Shown here piece by piece: positions 59,385 through 64,000 of a DNA stretch of 64,000 nucleotides. Source of the DNA: the human T2T-CHM13v2.0 reference genome, Homo sapiens; assembly GCF_009914755.1 (NCBI RefSeq), contig NC_060926.1; one strand, 5' to 3'. The notes beneath the pieces were generated by a model, which did no database searches, was not told the origin of the DNA, and was given only the letters and a program-made list of their open reading frames with translations. Every line of letters starts with the position of its first letter. Position 1 is the stretch's first letter. Position numbers and translations under genes: made by a program.

Positions 59385-61417
59385 TGAAACTCTGCCACTA
59401 CACATAGGAAACCACCTGGAAACCCAACCACAGTGTCTGATGTGACTTTTCTTAGTGACAGGAAATTAGGATGAGCACGAGCAAAGTCGGTGGTCACAAG
59501 GGAGCAGCCAGGCCAGTCCTGCTTAAACTCCTGCTGTTACATGTTTGCGATTGAACTCGTAGCAAGCTGCCGATGGAACACAACCTGCCTCCGGCACAGA
59601 CGCCGATCTTCAATCCCTTCTCCCCAGCACCGGTGACAGCCCTAGTCATCCTTCAAGGCCCAGTTCAAATGCCTCCATCTCCATACCATTTCAGTTCGTG
59701 GTTGGGGATAGGAGCTCCCGTCGCGATCGTCATCTTTCTGCTGCAGACAGATTTTGTTTCCCTCTGTAAAGTTGGAGTGCAGGGGACAAGGCTCTGAACA
59801 TAGCATTTAAGTGACAGAGATGGTTGTGGTCATGTCCCAGTATGTATTTATCTATCTCCTGCTCCAGTAAATGTCACACTCCCCGGGGCAGCGAGGGTGT
59901 CACCATCTCGGTGTCCCCACAGCACCTAGCACAGTCTCCCAGACGATCCAGGGCAGACCCTTCGCATGGGAACGCAAGTCCCTGTTTGTCCGGGTCACTC
60001 AGGTTTACGCCTATTGTCCTGTAATTATTTATGCACCCTCTTTTGCTGTCATAGGTGTTGGGTTGGAACAGTCACCCTATTTAGCACACACCTATTAAGC
60101 CAAAGCACCTTAGTGTGTAGGCTTCCCTCACCCAAACCTGTTCCCAAAGGTCCTTTCTCACCGGCTACTTTGGGGGCCCCAGTAATCTTCCCGACCCCTC
60201 TGGTCAGGGCCAGAGTGGGGAGCAAGTGTCTAAAGCAAGGCCTTCAACAAGGTCCCTTCCCTGAGAGACTCAGTTTGTGACGCTTGTGATTGTGAAGCTC
60301 AAATGGATTATGTGACTCCACATAACTCTGCAAACTGTGGTGCGCCCTATTATTGCCGTTTAACTTGTCAGTGTCGGTTCTGCACTCCTGCAGGCTCTGT
60401 AGGGGCTGGAGAAGAACACTTGATTTGGAATTTCGGTAATAGCCAGTGAGCTAAGAACCACATAAAATAATGCAGATCATATGAAATGCGTCATGTGTCA
60501 TTTTGTCTTCTGATATTTAAACATGCTCAAGTGTATGGTAGAGAGCGTGAGAGAATGGGCTGAGCTGGGCTGGGTATACTTGAAATGATGACTCCAGACA
60601 TGGGAGATGGGAGCGGTTGAAGGGAGGCAGCCCATGAGTCGCCCTTTGGGAGCAGATGGCCTGGAGTTGAACGTGAGGGATGGGGATGAGGGACTGAGAA
60701 GGAAGAAGAGAAACAGGGAGGTCTGAGATGGCTTTTACTCTGGGAAGTAACGGGTCCGCCCTTCTTTGTCCCTGCCTCCTGCCTCCTCCTGGACTCTATG
60801 CAGAGGAGAGAAGATGGGGCGTGGCTTCCCCCCAATGCTGTGGTCGTCGAGGTAAGCAGATTTGCCCTGCCCTGCCCTGCACTGCCGCTCTGTTCCTCCA
60901 GGACGGCTGGTGTTTATGTGAACATCCTGCTGCACCTGAGGAAGGGACAGGTGTGGTGAAAGCCAGGCTTTGTCATCCAGGTGCCCTGGCTTGGAATCCT
61001 GGCTCTGCTGCTTCTAAACTGAGCTGTGACCTTGCCCAAGTTGCCTTGAGCCTCTCCCAGCCCTGGGCTCATCATCTTTAAACTGGGGCTGATGACGCTG
61101 CTTTACCAGCCCAGCATGGGGGTGAGTGAGGTGAGCTCGGAAGAGTCTTCTTACTTTTCTCATAGCAGCTGCATGAAAGGTGGATTAGAAGAAGCTGCCA
61201 GGCAAAGTATCCATTTAGTGAAAATTCAGTGTGAACTGTACAGTCTGTGAACCTCTGGCAGGTATCACGCTGTCTCTTGTGATCCGAATGGCAGCTCTGG
61301 GTCTGGGCTGGCTTCTGGAGCTGGAGCCCCCACCCTTCCCAGTGCCAAGGCTGCTTCTGACGTAGTAAGCAGGTGTGTCTGCTAGAGCAAGGGCCAGCCA
61401 GGGTGATGGACTCTCTT

Positions 61418-61635
61418 GTCTCCTGGGCTCAACCAATCCTCCCACCTCATCCTCCCAGGTAGCTGGGACTACAGGTGTGTGCCACTGCAACCAGCTAATT
61501 TTTTTTTTAAAGTTTTTGTAAAAACAAGGTTTCTCTATGTTGCCCAAACTGATCTTGAACTCCTAGCCTCAAATGATCCTCCTGCTTTGGCCTCTCATAG
61601 TTCTGGAATTACAGGCATGAGCCACTGTGCCCAAC
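61418..61635 (-). mobile_element. Truncated AluJ
   Basis: Diverged partial antisense Alu. Confidence 0.8.
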
Positions 61636-62009
61636 TCTCTTGTTTTTGAAGGAAGAACCAGAGTAACACAGAGCTGGAGGGTGGTTGGCATGGAGTATTG
61701 GTGCCAAAGTTTTCACTGACCCGTGGTGAACAAAGAAAATAAGACAATGTTGTGGGGTAGATATGTTCATGTGACTTGGCCCATTCAAATTCCCTGGGAA
61801 AGACTATTATTTATCCTGGGAGAAGGCATTTTCTATTTTGGGGAGGTTAAAGTATCTTTTATGAAAAGAAAAATACTTTCCTTCCATCCCTCCCTCCCTC
61901 CCTCCCTTCCTTCCATTGTTTTTCATTTTTTAAGATTAAAAGTTGACAACCTTATGTCAGTTACCACGCATGCTCCCTGAAATGAAAATTGTAAAAGATT
62001 ATTGTCTTT

Positions 62010-62640
62010 TCACTCATTTGCTTATTCTAGTAATAAATATTCACTAGGCGACACTGTGGCCGGCACTCTTCTAAGCACTGGAAATGAGCCGTGAATAAAA
62101 CAAACATCCTGCCCTCCTGGAGCTTACAGTCCAGGTGGGGGAGAAAAGAATAAGCAAGTGTCTAAGTAACATGCATGTCAGATGGGGAGAGGGGTTGTGG
62201 AGAAAAAGAAAATGGGGAAAGGCAACGGGGAGCCCGAGACGGGAGGATGACGTAATTTTCAATGGGGAGGTTGGGGAGGTCACAGAGAAGGTGACATGTG
62301 AGCAAAGACTTGAAGGAGCTGAGGAGTGAGCGGAGGCCTCAGGAGGTGTCAAGGGTCCTGAAGCTGAAGCATCTTGGCAGGTTTGAGGAATGCCAAGAGG
62401 CCAGTGTGGCCAGAGCTGAGAGGACGGGAAAAGTGGGAGGAGATGGTGTGAGAGCGGTGTGGAGGCTGGCGGAGCACAGGCCAGCATGGAGGCATTGGCC
62501 TCGACCCCACCTTGGGGTGTCATGTTAAGGGGACCCACCTCCTGGGCTTTCGGGGCAGGGCAGACATGATGGACCTGTTGGGAGGCTGTTGCAATAATCC
62601 AAGTGGGAGGGGATGGTGGTTTGAACTAGGTGGTAGCAGA
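62010..62640 (-). mobile_element. L2 3' fragment
   Basis: ctgccctcctggagcttacagtc, gaaggtgacatgtgagcaaagacttgaagg, gaggctgttgcaataatcca. Confidence 0.75.
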
Positions 62641-64000
62641 GAAGGGTTTTGAACCATTTACTCGAATAAACTCTTTAGAATTTTATTGTGCCTCAGTTTA
62701 CCTTTTAACAGAATTCAGATGAGAAATCTAGGCTGGAGATACAACTTCAGTCCCTGAAATACAGAGTTTAAAAACTCCAGATCTGGTGCATCCTTTTGTT
62801 TTAGAGACGGGTTACCGAGTCCCCCCAGAGGGTAGCAGGTGTCTTTTCTAGGCATGCCTATGGCAGAGCTAAGACTAACAGTCACTTCCTGATTTCCCAT
62901 CGAGGAATGTGTGTAAACTCAGGTACCATTTTGAACTTCCCTTTGCATTTAGATTTGGAATACACTTGGTCTTGTTTCTCGTTCCAGAGATTTCCCTCTG
63001 TTTCTCTTTTCTCAGCCCTTCACATTCTCCCCGTGCCTCTGCTTATCCAACCCCATTTCTTCTTTTGGGGTTGCATTCAATTGATAGAGCACTTGGACAT
63101 CCTGGGAGACAGATTGCCACCACCAATGTCCAGTGACCCTTCCAGGCCTTGTGTAAGTGCAGCCTTCTCCAGCCGCCTGGAAACCCCCCAGCTGGTGGGA
63201 TACCTACATTCTCAACCACACAGCAGCTCGCTTTTAGAATTTGGCCCCTACTTTCCATTGTGGTTATGTTGGGATGGGCCACTGGCACACAGCAAGCGCC
63301 TAGAACTTGCTGAAGAAACAGATGCAGGAATGAAATGACCAGGTGAGCGTGCCTAGGTCTTTGGTGAGCTTTGGCCTGTTCTGGGCTTCATCAATGTGCT
63401 GAGGATCCCCGACCCCGCTTTTGGCACTTATCATGTGATCATGACAACCCCTGGGCTGTCCCTTTGAGAAAGCCCTGCCCAGCGTGGGTGGGATGTGCCT
63501 GGAGAAGGGGGAACCAGAAAGTGGGTGGGCCCAAGAGCAATCAAGAGGTGCTCTGTAGTTAGCCCCCAGGGTGAAACAGGAGAGGAGGGCTAGAACGCTG
63601 GGTTGGACGGACTCCGGGAAAGATGGAGGCTGGTGGGGAAGGACGGTGCTGGAGGGTCTGGCACACCTGAGGCCTGTGTGTATTGGCCCTGGACAGAGGT
63701 TGTGTGGTGACTTTTGTGGATGGGTTGTCCTCGTTTAAAGGGACAGGAACAGGGTGGGTAGCCATGGCCTGGGCACCACGGGCAGAGCACACACCCGCGG
63801 GAAAGAGCACTCTCCTTCTCATGCGAGCGAGCAACGAGATGCCTGTGGCTGTGTTCCGAGGGAGTCTGACGCTCACCTTCTGCTCTCATCACTCCTATGT
63901 GAGGACCCATGAATACGCCCCTCACAGTGTTTGCAGTTGGAATGTGTGTCCATTAGTGATTAATCGATATGGGTCCTTTTGTGGGTAAGTAGAGCCCAGG

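Overview
Human genomic DNA, recognisable from the encoded proteins as the GREB1-NTSR2-LPIN1 locus (2p25.1). It holds four gene-level items. (1) The last 10 coding exons and the Alu-containing 3' UTR of GREB1 on + (2288-~19935). All nine junctions are GT-AG and phase-consistent, and they give the C-terminus ...FFLTGRHI*. (2) The complete 4-exon NTSR2 gene on - (CDS 47273 to 35623; 624+274+91+244 = 1233 nt = 410 aa + stop). (3) A decayed CDK8 processed pseudogene inside NTSR2 intron 1. (4) A far-upstream alternative first coding exon of LPIN1 on + (54806-54886). The rest is mostly repeats: about 24 Alus, MaLR LTRs, a Tigger3 with nested insertions, Charlie, MIR, L1 and L2. I cannot support a wholly new gene system. 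The most unusual sequence-level observations are six. The CDK8 retrocopy lacks precisely the frameshifting exon 2. NTSR2 exon 2 ends in an atypical CA/GUUAAGU donor, with a latent GT 181 nt upstream. A ~390-bp G-rich hexamer repeat in a GREB1 intron reads as an ATG-initiated Gly-Arg ORF. A MIR supplies the NTSR2 poly(A) signal. There is an orphan CpG-rich patch at ~33.8-34.4 kb. There is a consensus CTCF motif at 59.37 kb. Repeat subfamily calls and gene identities come from recalled sequences, not from a database search.
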